From Balanoglossus misakiensis (lineage: Eukaryota > Animalia > Hemichordata), in the NCBI GenBank assembly GCA_040954595.2, contig CM082589.2:9932894-9996893 (forward strand): a stretch of DNA of 64,000 nucleotides, written 5' to 3'. Position 1 is the stretch's first letter, and every line of letters starts with the position of its first letter. Under the pieces are notes generated by a model. It was not told where the DNA came from and searched no databases. It saw nothing but the letters and a program-made list of their open reading frames with translations. Positions 49,801 through 64,000 of the stretch are shown here, piece by piece. The position numbers and the translations under genes were made by a program.

Positions 49801-52800
49801 AAAAAATCATGGGTGAAAATCATCAAAAAATTAAAAAGTTTCGTCTTTGCAAAATCTCAAAATTTCGTCGATTTTTGAAAAAAAAAATCATGGGTAAAAA
49901 TCATCAAAAAATTACAAATTTTCGACTTTGCAAAATCTAAAAATTTTGTCGATTTTTGAAAAAAATCATGGGTGAAAATCATCAAAAAATGACAAATTTT
50001 CGACTTTGCAAAATCTCAAAATTTCGTCGATTTTTGAAAAAAATCATGGGTGAAAATCATCAAAAAATGACAAATTTTCGACTTTGCAAAATCTTAAATT
50101 TCGTCGATTTTTGAAAAAAATCATGGGTGAAAATCATCAAAAAATGACAAATTTTTGACTTTGCAAAATCTCAAAATTTCGTCGATTTTTGAGAAAAATC
50201 ATAGGAAAAAATTATCAAAACATGACAAATTTTCGACTTTGCAAAATCTCAAAATTTCGTCGATTTTTGAAAAAAATCATGGGTGAAAATCATCAAAAAA
50301 TGACAAATTTTCGACTTTGCAAAATCTTAAATTTCGTCGATTTTTGAAAAAAATCATGGGTGAAAATCATCAAAAAATGACAAATTTTTGACTTTGCAAA
50401 ATCTCAAAATTTCGTCGATTTTTGAGAAAAATCATGGGTGAAAATCATCAAAAAATGACAAATTTTCGTCTTTGCAAAATCTCAAAATTTGGTCGATTTT
50501 TGAAAAAAAAAATCATGGGTAAAAATCATCAAAAAATGACAAATTTTCGACTTTGCAAAATCTCAAATTTCGTCGATTTTTGAAAAGAATCATGGGTGAA
50601 AATCATCAAAAAATGACAAATTTTCGAATTTGCAAAATCTCAAAATTTCGTCGATTTTTGAAAAAAATCATGGGTTCGTTCAATTTTGAAAAAAAACATG
50701 GGTGAAAATCATCAAAAAATTACAAATTTTCGACTTTGCAAAATCTCAAAATTTTGTCGATTTTTGAAAAAAAATCATGGGTGAAAATCATTAATAAATG
50801 ACAAATTTTCGACTTTGCAAAATCTCAAAATTTCGTCGATTTTTGAAAAAAAATCATGGGTGAAAATCATCAAAAAATTACAAATTTTCGACTTTGCAAA
50901 ATCTCAAAATTTCGTCGATTTTTGAGAAAAATCATGGGTGAAAATCATCAAAAAATGACAAATTTTCGACTTTGCAAAATCTCAAAATTTTGTCGATTTT
51001 TGAAAAAAAATCATGGGTTCGTTGATTTTTGAAAAAAAACATGGGTGAAAATCATCAAAAAATTACAAATTTTCGAATTTGCAAAATCTCAAAATTTTGT
51101 CGATTTTTGAAAAAAATCATGGGTGAAAATCATCAAAAAATGACACATTTTCGACTTTGCAAAATCTCAAAATTTCGTCGATTTTTGAAAAAAATCATGG
51201 GTGAAAATCATCAAAAAATGACAAATTTTCGACTTTGCAAAATCTCAAAATTTCGTCGATTTTGAAAAAAATCATGGGTTCGTTCAATTTTGAAAAAAAA
51301 TATGGGTGAAAATCATCAAAAAATTACAAATTTTCGTCTTTGCAAAATCTCAAAATTTCGTCGATTTTTGAAAAAAAAAATCATGGGTAAAAATCATCAA
51401 AAAATTACAAATTTTCCACTTTGCAAAATCTCAAAATTTCGTCGATTTTTGAGAAAAATCATGGGTGAAAATCATCAAAAAATGACAAATTTTCGACTTT
51501 GCAAAATCTCAAAATTTCGTAAATTTTTGAAAAAAAGTCATGGGTGAAAATCATCAAAAAATTACAAATTTTCGTCTTTGCAAAATCTCAAAATTTCGTC
51601 GATTTTTGAAAAAAAAAAATCATGGGTAAAAATCATCAAAAAATTACAAATTTTCGACTTTGCAAAATCTAAAAATTTTGTCGATTTTTGAAAAAAATCA
51701 TGGGTGAAAATCATCAAAAAATGACAAATTTTCGACTTTGCAAAATCTCAAAATTTCGTAGATTTTTGAAAAAAAACATGGGTGAAAATCATCAAAAAAT
51801 GACAAATTTTCGACTTTGCAAAATCTCAAATTTCGTCGATTTTTGAAAAAAATCATGGGTGAAAATCATCAAAAAATGACAAATTTTCGTCTTTGCAAAA
51901 TCCCAAAATTTCGTAAATTTTTGAAAAAAAGTCATGGGTGAAAATCATCAAAAAATTACAAATTTTCGTCTTTGCAAAATCTCAAAATTTCGTCGATTTT
52001 TGAAAAAAAAAATCATGGGTAAAAATCATCAAAAAATTACAAATTTTCGACTTTGCAAAATCTAAAAATTTTGTCGATTTTTGAAAAAAACAATCATGGT
52101 GAAAATCATCAAAAAATGACAAATTTTCGACTTTGCAAAATCTTAAATTTCGTCGATTTTTGAAAAAAATCATGGGTGAAAATCATCAAAAAATGACAAA
52201 TTTTTGACTTTGCAAAATCTCAAAATTTCGTCGATTTTTGAGAAAAATCATGGGTGAAAATCATCAAAAAATGACAAATTTTCGTCTTTGCAAAATCTCA
52301 AAATTTGGTCGATTTTTGAAAAAAAAAATCATGGGTAAAAATCATCAAAAAATGACAAATTTTCGACTTTGCAAAATCTCAAATTTCGTCGATTTTTGAA
52401 AAGAATCATGGGTGAAAATCATCAAAAAATGACAAATTTTCGACTTTGCAAAATCTCAAAATTTCGTCGATTTTTGAGAAAAATCATGGGTGAAAATCAT
52501 CAAAAAACGACAAATTTTCGTCTTTGCAAAATCTCAAAATTTCGTCGATTTTTGAAAAAAATCATGGGTGAAAATCATCAAAAAATGACAATTTTTTGTC
52601 TTTGCAAAATCTCAAAATTTGGTCGATTTTTGAAAAACAAAATCATGGGAAAAAATCATCAAAAAATGACAAATTTTCGACTTTGCAAAATCTCAAAATT
52701 TCGTCGATTTTGGAAAAAAAAACATGGGTGAAAATCATCAAAAAATGACAAATTTTCGAATTTGCAAAATCTCAAAATTTCGTCGATTTTTGAAAAAAAT

Positions 52801-55800
52801 CATGGGTTCGTTCAATTTTGAAAAAAAATATGGGTGAAAATCATCAAAAAATTACAAATTTTCGTCTTTGCAAAATCTCAAAATTTCGTCGATTTTTGAA
52901 AAAAAAAATCATGGGTAAAAATCATCAAAAAATTACAAATTTTCGACTTTGCAAAATCTCAAAATTTCGTCGATTTTTGAAAAAAATCATGGGTGAAAAT
53001 CATCAAAAAATGACAAATTTTCGACTTTGCAAAATCTCAAAATTTCGTAAATTTTTGAAAAAAAGTCATGGGTGAAAATCATCAAAAAATTAAAAAGTTT
53101 CGTCTTTGCAAAATCTCAAAATTTCGTCGATTTTTGAAAAAAAAATCATGGGTAAAAATCATCAAAAAATTACAAATTTTCGACTTTGCAAAATCTAAAA
53201 ATTTTGTCGATTTTTGAAAAAAATCATGGGTGAAAATCATCAAAAAATGACAAATTTTCGACTTTGCAAAATCTCAAAATTTCGTCGATTTTTGAAAAAA
53301 ATCATGGGTGAAAATCATCAAAAAATGACAAATTTTCGACTTTGCAAAATCTTAAATTTCGTCGATTTTTGAAAAAAATCATGGGTGAAAATCATCAAAA
53401 AATGACAAATTTTTGACTTTGCAAAATCTCAAAATTTCGTCGATTTTTGAGAAAAATCATAGGAAAAAATTATCAAAAAATGACAAATTTTCGACTTTGC
53501 AAAATCTCAAAATTTCGTCGATTTTTGAAAAAAATCATGGGTGAAAATCATCAAAAAATGACAAATTTTCGACTTTGCAAAATCTTAAATTTCGTCGATT
53601 TTTGAAAAAAATCATGGGTGAAAATCATCAAAAAATGACAAATTTTTGACTTTGCAAAATCTCAAAATTTCGTCGATTTTTGAGAAAAATCATGGGTGAA
53701 AATCATCAAAAAATGACAAATTTTCGTCTTTGCAAAATCTCAAAATTTGGTCGATTTTTGAAAAAAAAAATCATGGGTAAAAATCATCAAAAAATGACAA
53801 ATTTTCGACTTTGCAAAATCTCAAATTTCGTCGATTTTTGAAAAGAATCATGGGTGAAAATCATCAAAAAATGACAAATTTTCGACTTTGCAAAATCTCA
53901 AAATTTCGTCGATTTTTGAGAAAAATCATGGGTGAAAATCATCAAAAAACGACAAATTTTCGTCTTTGCAAAATCTCAAAATTTCGTCGATTTTTGAAAA
54001 AAATCATGGGTGAAAATCATCAAAAAATGACAATTTTTTGTCTTTGCAAAATCTCAAAATTTGGTCGATTTTTGAAAAACAAAATCATGGGAAAAAATCA
54101 TCAAAAAATGACAAATTTTCGACTTTGCAAAATCTCGAAATTTTTTCGATTTTGGAAAAAAAAACATGGGTGAAAATCATCAAAAAATGACAAATTTTCG
54201 AATTTGCAAAATCTCAAAATTTCGTCGATTTTTGAAAAAAATCATGGGTTCGTTCAATTTTGAAAAAAAACATGGGTGAAAATCATCAAAAAATTACAAA
54301 TTTTCGACTTTGCAAAATCTCAAAATTTTGTCGATTTTTGAAAAAAAATCATGGGTGAAAATCATTAATAAATGACAAATTTTCGACTTTGCAAAATCTC
54401 AAAATTTCGTCGATTTTTGAAAAAAAATCATGGGAGAAAATCATCAAAAAATTACAAATTTTCGACTTTGCAAAATCTCAAAATTTCGTCGATTTTTGAG
54501 AAAAATCATGGGTGAAAATCATCAAAAAATGACAAATTTTCGACTTTGCAAAATCTCAAAATTTTGTCGATTTTTGAAAAAAAATCATGGGTTCGTTGAT
54601 TTTTGAAAAAAAACATGGGTGAAAATCATCAAAAAATTACAAATTTTCGAATTTGCAAAATCTCAAAATTTTGTCGATTTTTGAAAAAAATCATGGGTGA
54701 AAATCATCAAAAAATGACACATTTTCGACTTTGCAAAATCTCAAAATTTCGTCGATTTTTGAAAAAAATCATGGGTGAAAATCATCAAAAAATGACAAAT
54801 TTTCGACTTTGCAAAATCTCAAAATTTCGTCGATTTTTGAAAAAAATCATGGGTTCGTTCAATTTTGAAAAAAAATATGGGTGAAAATCATCAAAAAATT
54901 ACAAATTTTCGTCTTTGCAAAATCTCAAAATTTCGTCGATTTTTGAAAAAAAAAATCATGGGTAAAAATCATCAAAAAATTACAAATTTTCGACTTTGCA
55001 AAATCTCAAAATTTTGTCGATTTTTGAAAAAAATCATGGGTGAAAATCATCAAAAAATGACAAATTTTCGACTTTGCAAAATCTCAAAATTTCGTCGATT
55101 TTTGAAAAAAATCATGGGTTCGTTCAATTTTGAAAAAAAACATGGGTGAAAATCATCAAAAAATTACAAATTTTCGACTTTGCAAAATCTCAAAAATTTG
55201 TCGATTTTTGAAAAAAAATCATGGGTGAAAATCATTAATAAATGACAAATTTTCGACTTTGCAAAATCTCAAAATTTCGTCGATTTTTGAAAAAAAAAAC
55301 ATGGGTGAAAATCATCAAAAAATGACAAATTTTCGACTTTGCAAAATCTCAAAATTTCGTCGATTTTTGAAAAAAATCATGGGTTCGTTCAATTTTGAAA
55401 AAAAACATGGGTGAAAATCATCAAAAAATTACAAATTTTCGACTTTGCAAAATCTCAAAATTTTGTCGATTTTTGAAAAAAAATCATGGGTGAAAATCAT
55501 TAATAAATGACAAATTTTCGACTTTGCAAAATCTCAAAATTTCGTCGATTTTTGAAAAAAAATCATGGGTGAAAATCATCAAAAAATTACAAATTTTCGA
55601 CTTTGCAAAATCTCAAAATTTCGTCGATTTTTGAGAAAAATCATGGGTGAAAATCATCAAAAAATGACAAATTTTCGACTTTGCAAAATCTCAAAATTTT
55701 GTCGATTTTTGAAAAAAAATCATGGGTTCGTTGATTTTTGAAAAAAAACATGGGTGAAAATCATCAAAAAATTACAAATTTTCGAATTTGCAAAATCTCA

Positions 55801-58800
55801 AAATTTTGTCGATTTTTGAAAAAAATCATGGGTGAAAATCATCAAAAAATGACACATTTTCGACTTTGCAAAATCTCAAAATTTCGTCGATTTTTGAAAA
55901 AAATCATGGGTGAAAATCATCAAAAAATGACAAATTTTCGACTTTGCAAAATCTCAAAATTTCGTCGATTTTTGAAAAAAATCATGGGTTCGTTCAATTT
56001 GGAAAAAAAACATGGGTGAAAATCATCAAAAAATTACAAATTTTCGACTTTGCAAAATCTCAAAAATTTGTCGATTTTTGAAAAAAAATCATGGGTGAAA
56101 ATCATTAATAAATGACAAATTTTCGACATTGCAAAATCTCAAAATTTCGTCGATTTTTGAAAAAAAAATCATGGGTGAAAATCATCAAAAAATTACAAAT
56201 TTTCGACTTTGCAAAATCTCAAAATTTCGTCGATTTTTGAGAAAAATCATGGGTGAAAATCATCAAAAAATGACAAATTTTCGACTTTGCAAAATCTCAA
56301 AATTTTGTCGATTTTTGAAAAAAAATCATGGGTTCGTTGATTTTTGAAAAAAAATCATGGGTGAAAATCATCAAAAAATTACAAATTTTCGACTTTGCAA
56401 AATCTCAAAATTTCGTCGATTTTTGAGAAAAATCATGGGTGAAAATCATCAAAAAATGACAAATTTTCGACTTTGCAAAATCTCAAAATTTCGTAAATTT
56501 TTGAAAAAAAGTCATGGGTGAAAATCATCAAAAAATTACAAATTTTCGTCTTTGCAAAATCTCAAAATTTCGTCGATTTTTGAAAAAAAAAAATCATGGG
56601 TAAAAATCATCAAAAAATTACAAATTTTCGACTTTGCAAAATCTAAAAATTTTGTCGATTTTTGAAAAAAATCATGGGTGAAAATCATCAAAAAATGACA
56701 AATTTTCGACTTTGCAAAATCTCAAAATTTCGTCGATTTTTGAAAAAAAAAACATGGGTGAAAATCATCAAAAAATGACAAATTTTCGACTTTGCAAAAT
56801 CTCAAAATTTCGTCGATTTTTGAAAAAAATCATGGGTTCGTTCAATTTTGAAAAAAAACATGGGTGAAAATCATCAAAAAATTACAAATTTTCGACTTTG
56901 CAAAATCTCAAAATTTTGTCGATTTTTGAAAAAAAATCATGGGTGAAAATCATTAATAAATGACAAATTTTCGACTTTGCAAAATCTCAAAATTTCGTCG
57001 ATTTTTGAAAAAAAATCATGGGTGAAAATCATCAAAAAATTACAAATTTTCGACTTTGCAAAATCTCAAAATTTCGTCGATTTTTGAGAAAAATCATGGG
57101 TGAAAATCATCAAAAAATGACAAATTTTCGACTTTGCAAAATCTCAAAATTTTGTCGATTTTTGAAAAAAAATCATGGGTTCGTTGATTTTTGAAAAAAA
57201 ACATGGGTGAAAATCATCAAAAAATTACAAATTTTCGAATTTGCAAAATCTCAAAATTTTGTCGATTTTTGAAAAAAATCATGGGTGAAAATCATCAAAA
57301 AATGACACATTTTCGACTTTGCAAAATCTCAAAATTTCGTCGATTTTTGAAAAAAATCATGGGTGAAAATCATCAAAAAATGACAAATTTTCGACTTTGC
57401 AAAATCTCAAAAATTTGTCGATTTTTGAAAAAAAATCATGGGTTCGTTCAATTTTGAAAAAAAACATGGGTGAAAATCATCAAAAAATTACAAATTTTCG
57501 ACTTTGCAAAATCTCAAAAATTTGTCGATTTTTGAAAAAAAATCATGGGTGAAAATCATTAATAAATGACAAATTTTCGACATTGCAAAATCTCAAAATT
57601 TCGTCGATTTTTGAAAAAAAAATCATGGGTGAAAATCATCAAAAAATTACAAATTTTCGACTTTGCAAAATCTCAAAATTTCGTCGATTTTTGAGAAAAA
57701 TCATGGGTGAAAATCATCAAAAAATGACAAATTTTCGACTTTGCAAAATCTCAAAATTTTGTCGATTTTTGAAAAAAAATCATGGGTTCGTTGATTTTTG
57801 AAAAAAAATCATGGGTGAAAATCATCAAAAAATTACAAATTTTCCACTTTGCAAAATCTCAAAATTTCGTCGATTTTTGAGAAAAATCATGGGTGAAAAT
57901 CATCAAAAAATGACAAATTTTCGACTTTGCAAAATCTCAAAATTTCGTAAATTTTTGAAAAAAAGTCATGGGTGAAAATCATCAAAAAATTACAAATTTT
58001 CGTCTTTGCAAAATCTCAAAATTTCGTCGATTTTTGAAAAAAAAAAATCATGGGTAAAAATCATCAAAAAATTACAAATTTTCGACTTTGCAAAATCTAA
58101 AAATTTTGTCGATTTTTGAAAAAAATCATGGGTGAAAATCATCAAAAAATGACAAATTTTCGACTTTGCAAAATCTCAAAATTTCGTAGATTTTTGAAAA
58201 AAATCATGGGTGAAAATCATCAAAAAATGACAAATTTTCGTCTTTGCAAAATCCCAAAATTTCGTAAATTTTTGAAAAAAAGTCATGGGTGAAAATCATC
58301 AAAAAATTACAAATTTTCGTCTTTGCAAAATCTCAAAATTTCGTCGATTTTTGAAAAAAAAAATCATGGGTAAAAATCATCAAAAAATTACAAATTTTCG
58401 ACTTTGCAAAATCTAAAAATTTTGTCGATTTTTGAAAAAAACAATCATGGTGAAAATCATCAAAAAATGACAAATTTTCGACTTTGCAAAATCTCAAAAT
58501 GTTGTCAATTTTTTAAAAAATTCATGAGTTCGTTGATTTTTTAAAAAAAACATTGGTGTCAATTTTTGAAAAAAATCATGGGTTCGTTGATTTTAAAAAA
58601 AAAACATTGGTGAAAATCATCAAAAAATTACAAATTTTCGACTTTGCAAAATCTCAAAATTTCGTACATTTTTGAAAAAACATCATGGGTGAAAATCATC
58701 GAAAAATGACAAATTTTCGACTTTGCAAAATCTCAAAATTTCGTCGATTTTTGAAAAAAATCACGGGTGAAAATCATCAAAAAATGACAAATTTTCGTCT

Positions 58801-61800
58801 TTGCTAAATCTCAAAATTTCGTCGATTTTTGAAAAAAATCATGGGTGAAAATCATCAAAAAATGACAAATTTTCGACTTTGCAAAATCTCAAAATTTCGT
58901 ACATTTTTAAAAAAAAATCATGGGTGAAATTCATCAAAAAATGACAAATTTTCGTCTTTGCAAAATCTCAAAATTTCGCCGATTTTTGAAAAAAACAATC
59001 ATGGTGAAAATCATCAAAAAATGACAAATTTTCGACTTTGCAAAATCTCAAAATGTTGTCAATTTTTTAAAAAAATCATGAGTTCGTTGATTTTTAAAAA
59101 AAAACATTGTTGTCAATTTTTGAAAAAAATCATGGGTTCGTTGATTTTTAAAAAAAAACATTGGTGAAAATCATCAAAAAATTACAAATTTTCGACTTTG
59201 CAAAATCTAAAAATTTCGTACATTTTTGAAAAAAAATCATGGGTGAAAATCATCAAAAAATGACAAATTTTCGTCTTTGCAAAATCTCAAAATTTCGTCG
59301 TTTTTTAAAAAAAAATCATGGTGAAAATCATCAAAAAATGACAAATTGTCGACTTTGCAAAATCTAAAAATTTTGTCGATTTTTGAAAAAAATCATGGGT
59401 GAAAATAATCAAAAAATGACAAATTTTCGACTTTGCAAAATCTCAAAATTTCGTCGATTTTTGAAAAAAATCATGGGTGAAAATCATCAAAAAATGACAA
59501 ATTTTCGACTTTGCAAAATCTCAAAATTTCGTCGATTTTTGAAAAAAATCATGGGTTCGTTCAATTTTGAAAAAAAACGGGTGAAAATCATCAAAAAATT
59601 ACAAATTTTCGACTTTGCAAAATCTCAAAATTTTGTCGATTTTTGAAAAAAAATCATGGGTGAAAATCATCAAAAAATGACAAATTTTCGACTTTGCAAA
59701 ATCTCAAAATTTCGTCGATTTTTGAAAAAAATCATGGGTTCGTTGATTTTTGAAAAAAAACATGGGTGAAAATCATCAAAAAAGTACAAATTTTCGAATT
59801 TGCAAAATCTCAAAATTTCGTCGATTTTTGAAAAAAAAACATGGGTGAAAATCATCAAAAAATGACAAATTTTCGACTTTGCAAAATCTCAAAATTTCGT
59901 AAATTTTTGAAAAAAAGTCATGGGTGAAAATCATCAAAAAATTACAAATTTTCGTCTTTGCAAAATCTCAAAATTTCGTCGAGTTTTGAAAAAAATCATG
60001 GGTGAAAATCATCAAAAAATGACAAATTTTCGACTTTGCAAAATCTCAAAATTTTGTCGATTTTTGAAAAAAAATCATGGGTTCGTTGATTTTTTAAAAA
60101 AACATGGGTGAAAATCATCAAAAAATTACAAATTTTCGAATTTGCAAAATCTCAAAATTTTGTCGATTTTTGAAAAAAATCATGGGTGAAAATCATCAAA
60201 AAATTACAAATTTTCGACTTTGCAAAATCTAAAAATTTTGTCGATTTTTGAAAAAAATCATGGGTGAAAATCATCAAAAAATGACAAATTTTCGACTTTG
60301 CAAAATCTCAAAATTTTGTCGATTTTTGAAAAAAAATCATGGGTTCGTTGATTTTTGAAAAAAAACATGGGTGAAAATCATCAAAAAATTACAAATTTTC
60401 GAATTTGCAAAATCTCAAAATTTTGTCGATTTTTGAAAAAAATCATGGGTGAAAATAATCAAAAAATTACAAATTTTCGACTTTGCAAAATCTAAAAATT
60501 TTGTCGATTTTTGAAAAAAATCATGGGTGAAAATCATCAAAAAATGACAAATTTTCGACTATGCAAAATCTCAAAATTTAGTCGATTTTTGAAAAAAATC
60601 ATGGGTTCGTTCAATTTTGAAAAAAAACATGGGTGAAAATCATCAAAAAATTACAAATTTTCGACTTTGCAAAATCTCAAAATTTTGTCGATTTTTGAAA
60701 AAAAATCATGGGTGAAAATCATTAATAAATGACAAATTTTCGACTTTGCAAAATCTCAAAATTTCGTCGATTTTTGAAAAAAAATCATGGGTGAAAATCA
60801 TCAAAAAATTACAAATTTTCGACTTTGCAAAATCTCAAAATTTCGTCGATTTTTGAGAAAAATCATGGGTGAAAATCATCAAAAAATGACAAATTTTCGA
60901 CTTTGCAAAATCTCAAAATTTTGTCGATTTTTGAAAAAAAATCATGGGTTCGTTGATTTTTGAAAAAAAACATGGGTGAAAATCATCAAAAAATTACAAA
61001 TTTTCGAATTTGCAATATCTCAAAATTTCTTAAATTTTTGAAAAAAAGTCATGGGTGAAAATCATCAAAAAATTACAAATTTTCGTCTTTGCAAAATCTC
61101 AAAATTTCGTCGATTTTTGAAAAAAAAAATCATGGGTAAAAATCATCAAAAAATTACAAATTTTCGACTTTGCAAAATCTAAAAATTTTGTCGATTTTTG
61201 AAAAAAATCATGGGTGAAAATCATCAAAAAATGACAAATTTTCGACTTTGCAAAATCTCAAAATTTCGTAGATTTTTGAAAAAAAAAAAATCATGGGTAA
61301 AAATCATCAAAAAATTACAAATTTTCGACTTTGCAAAATCTAAAAATTTTGTCGATTTTTGAAAACAATCATGGGTGAAAATCATCAAAAAATGACAAAT
61401 TTTCGACTTTGCAAAATCTCAAAATTTTGTCGATTTTTGAAAAAAAATCATGGGTGAAAATCATTAATAAATGACAAATTTTCGACTTTGCAAAATCTCA
61501 AAATTTCGTCGATTTTTGAAAAAAAATCATGGGTGAAAATCATCAAAAAATTACAAATTTTCGACTTTGCAAAATCTCAAAATTTCGTCGATTTTTGAGA
61601 AAAATCATGGGTGAAAATCATCAAAAAATGACAAATTTTCGACTTTGCAAAATCTCAAAATTTTGTCGATTTTTGAAAAAAATCATGGGTTCGTTCAATT
61701 TTGAAAAAAAACATGGGTGAAAATCATCAAAAAATTACAAATTTTCGACTTTGCAAAATCTAAAAATTTTGTCGATTTTTGAAAAAAAATCATGGGTGAA

Positions 61801-64000
61801 AATCATTAATAAATGACAAATTTTCGACTTTGCAAAATCTCAAAATTTCGTCGATTTTTGAAAAAAAATCATGGGTGAAAATCATCAAAAAATTACAAAT
61901 TTTCGACTTTGCAAAATCTCAAAATTTCGTCGATTTTTGAGAAAAATCATGGGTGAAAATCATCAAAAAATGACAAATTTTCGACTTTGCAAAATCTCAA
62001 AATTTTGTCGATTTTTGAAAAAAAATCATGGGTTCGTTGATTTTTGAAAAAAAACATGGGTGAAAATCATCAAAAAATTACAAATTTTCGAATTTTCAAA
62101 ATCTCAAAATTTCTTAAATTTTTGAAAAAAAGTCATGGGTGAAAATCATCAAAAAATTACAAATTTTCGTCTTTGCAAAATCTCAAAATTTCGTCGATTT
62201 TTGAAAAAAAAAATCATGGGTAAAAATCATCAAAAAATTACAAATTTTCGACTTTGCAAAATCTAAAAATTTTGTCGATTTTTGAAAAAAATCATGGGTG
62301 AAAATCATAAAAAATGACAAATTTTCGACTTTGCAAAATCTCAAAATTTCGTAGATTTTTGAAAAAAAAAAATCATGGGTAAAAATCATCAAAAAATTAC
62401 AAATTTTCGACTTTGCAAAATCTAAAAATTTTGTCGATTTTTGAAAACAATCATGGGTGAAAATCATCAAAAAATGACAAATTTTCGACTTTGCAAAATC
62501 TCAAAATGTTGTCGATTTTTGAAAAAAAATCATGGGTGAAAATCATTAATAAATGACAAATTTTCGACTTTGCAAAATCTCAAAATTTCGTCGATTTTTG
62601 AAAAAAAATCATGGGTGAAAATCATCAAAAAATTACAAATTTTCGACTTTGCAAAATCTCAAAATTTCGTCGATTTTTGAGAAAAATCATGGGTGAAAAT
62701 CATCAAAAAATGACAAATTTTCGACTTTGCAAAATCTCAAAATTTTGTCGATTTTTGAAAAAAATCATGGGTTCGTTCAATTTTGAAAAAAAACATGGGT
62801 GAAAATCATCAAAAAATTACAAATTTTCGACTTTGCAAAATCTCAAAATTTCGTCGATTTTTGAAAAAAAATCATGGGTGAAAATCATCAAAAAATTACA
62901 AATTTTCGACTTTGCAAAATCTCAAAATTTTGTCGATTTTTGAAAAAAAATCATGGGTTCGTTGATTTTTGAAAAAAAACATGGGTGAAAATCATCAAAA
63001 AATTACAAATTTTCGAATTTGCAAAATCACAAAATTTCGTCGATTTTTGAAAAAAAAACATGGGTGAAAATCATCAAAAAATTACAAATTTTCGACTTTG
63101 CAAAATCTCAAAATTTCGTAAATTTTTGAAAAAAAGTCATGGGTGAAAATCATCAAAAAATTACAAATTTTCGTCTTTGCAAAATCACAAAATTTCGTCG
63201 ATTTTTGAAAAAAAAAATCATGGGTAAAAATCATCAAAAAATTACAAATTTTCGACTTTGCAAAATCTAAAAATTTTGTCGATTTTTGAAAAAAATCATG
63301 GGTGAAAATCATCAAAAAATGACAAATTTTCGTCTTTGCAAAATCTCAAAATTTCGTCCATTTTTGAATAAAAATCATGGGTGAAAATCATCAAAAAATG
63401 ACACATTTTCGACTTTGCAAAATCTAAAAATTTCGTCGATTTTTGAAAAAAATCATGGTTGAAAATCATCAAAAAATGACAAAATTTTCGACTTTGTAAA
63501 ATCACAAAATTTCGTCGATTTTGAAAAAAATCATAGGTTCGTCGATTTCTAAAAAAAAACATGGGTGAAAATCATCAAAAAATGACAAATTTTCGACTTT
63601 GCAAAATCTCAAAATTTCGTCGATTTTTGAAAAAAATCATGGGTGAAAATCATCAAAAAATGACAAATTTTCGACTTCGCAAAATCTCAAAATTTCGTCA
63701 ATTTTTGAAAAAATCAGGGGTAAAAATCATCAAAAAATGACAAATTTTCGTCTTTGCTAAATCTCAAAATTTCGTCGGTTTTTGAAAAATAATATGGGTG
63801 AAAATCATCAAAAAATGACAAATTTTCGACTTTGCAAAATCTCAAAATTTCGTCCATTTTTGAAAAAAAATCATGGGTAAAAATCATCAAAAAATGACAA
63901 ATTTTCGTCTTTGCAAAATCTCAAAATTTCTTCCATTTAAAAAAAAAAGCATGGGGGAAAATCATCAAAAAATGACAAATTTTCGTCTTTTCAAAATCTC
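40883..64000 (+). repeat. AT-rich satellite array, forward block, runs off the window end
   Basis: Monomer CATGGGTGAAAATCATCAAAAAATGACAAATTTTCGACTTTGCAAAATCTCAAAATTTCGTCGATTTTTGAAAAAAAT (78 bp) plus occasional CATGGGTTCGTTGATTTTTGAAAAAAAA subunits. Confidence 0.98.

Noticed and set aside
37114-63562. Dozens of short ORFs (MGENHQKMTNFRLCKISKFRRFLKK...)
   Set aside because: Artefact of a 78-bp (26-codon) satellite monomer; frames break at every A-run length change.
37182-64000. Possible CRISPR-like array
   Set aside because: No unique spacers; pure tandem satellite in a eukaryotic context.

Overview
AT-rich eukaryotic DNA, most likely from an invertebrate animal (spliceosomal GT-AG introns, metazoan-type TEs). 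It contains no recognisable host gene. The first ~37 kb is a nest of transposable elements. (1) A 3'-truncated, multi-exon Kolobok-type DNA transposon starts at a TTAA at 640; its introns hold a TTAA-flanked MITE and a complete Mag-like Gypsy LTR retrotransposon (6907-11907; identical 154-bp LTRs, ATCAT TSD, tRNA-Ser PBS). (2) A decayed Gmr1-like Gypsy element (LTR 19645-20941, tRNA-Pro PBS, gag-PR-IN-RT order) is precisely interrupted by a 5.47-kb DNA transposon (23053-28525). That transposon has CACT termini, a 3-bp ACA TSD, bipartite terminus-spacer-motif ends, a RAG1/Transib-like DDE transposase on the minus strand and a convergent, intact 216-aa orphan ORF. It is the most interesting object in the window. 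(3) There are also several MITEs, a SINE, a HINE-like element and local duplications. From ~37.2 kb to the end is an A-tract-rich satellite (78-bp monomer plus a ~29-bp subunit) that switches orientation at ~40883 and has mosaic higher-order repeats. All family assignments come from reading motifs by eye; no database searches were run.
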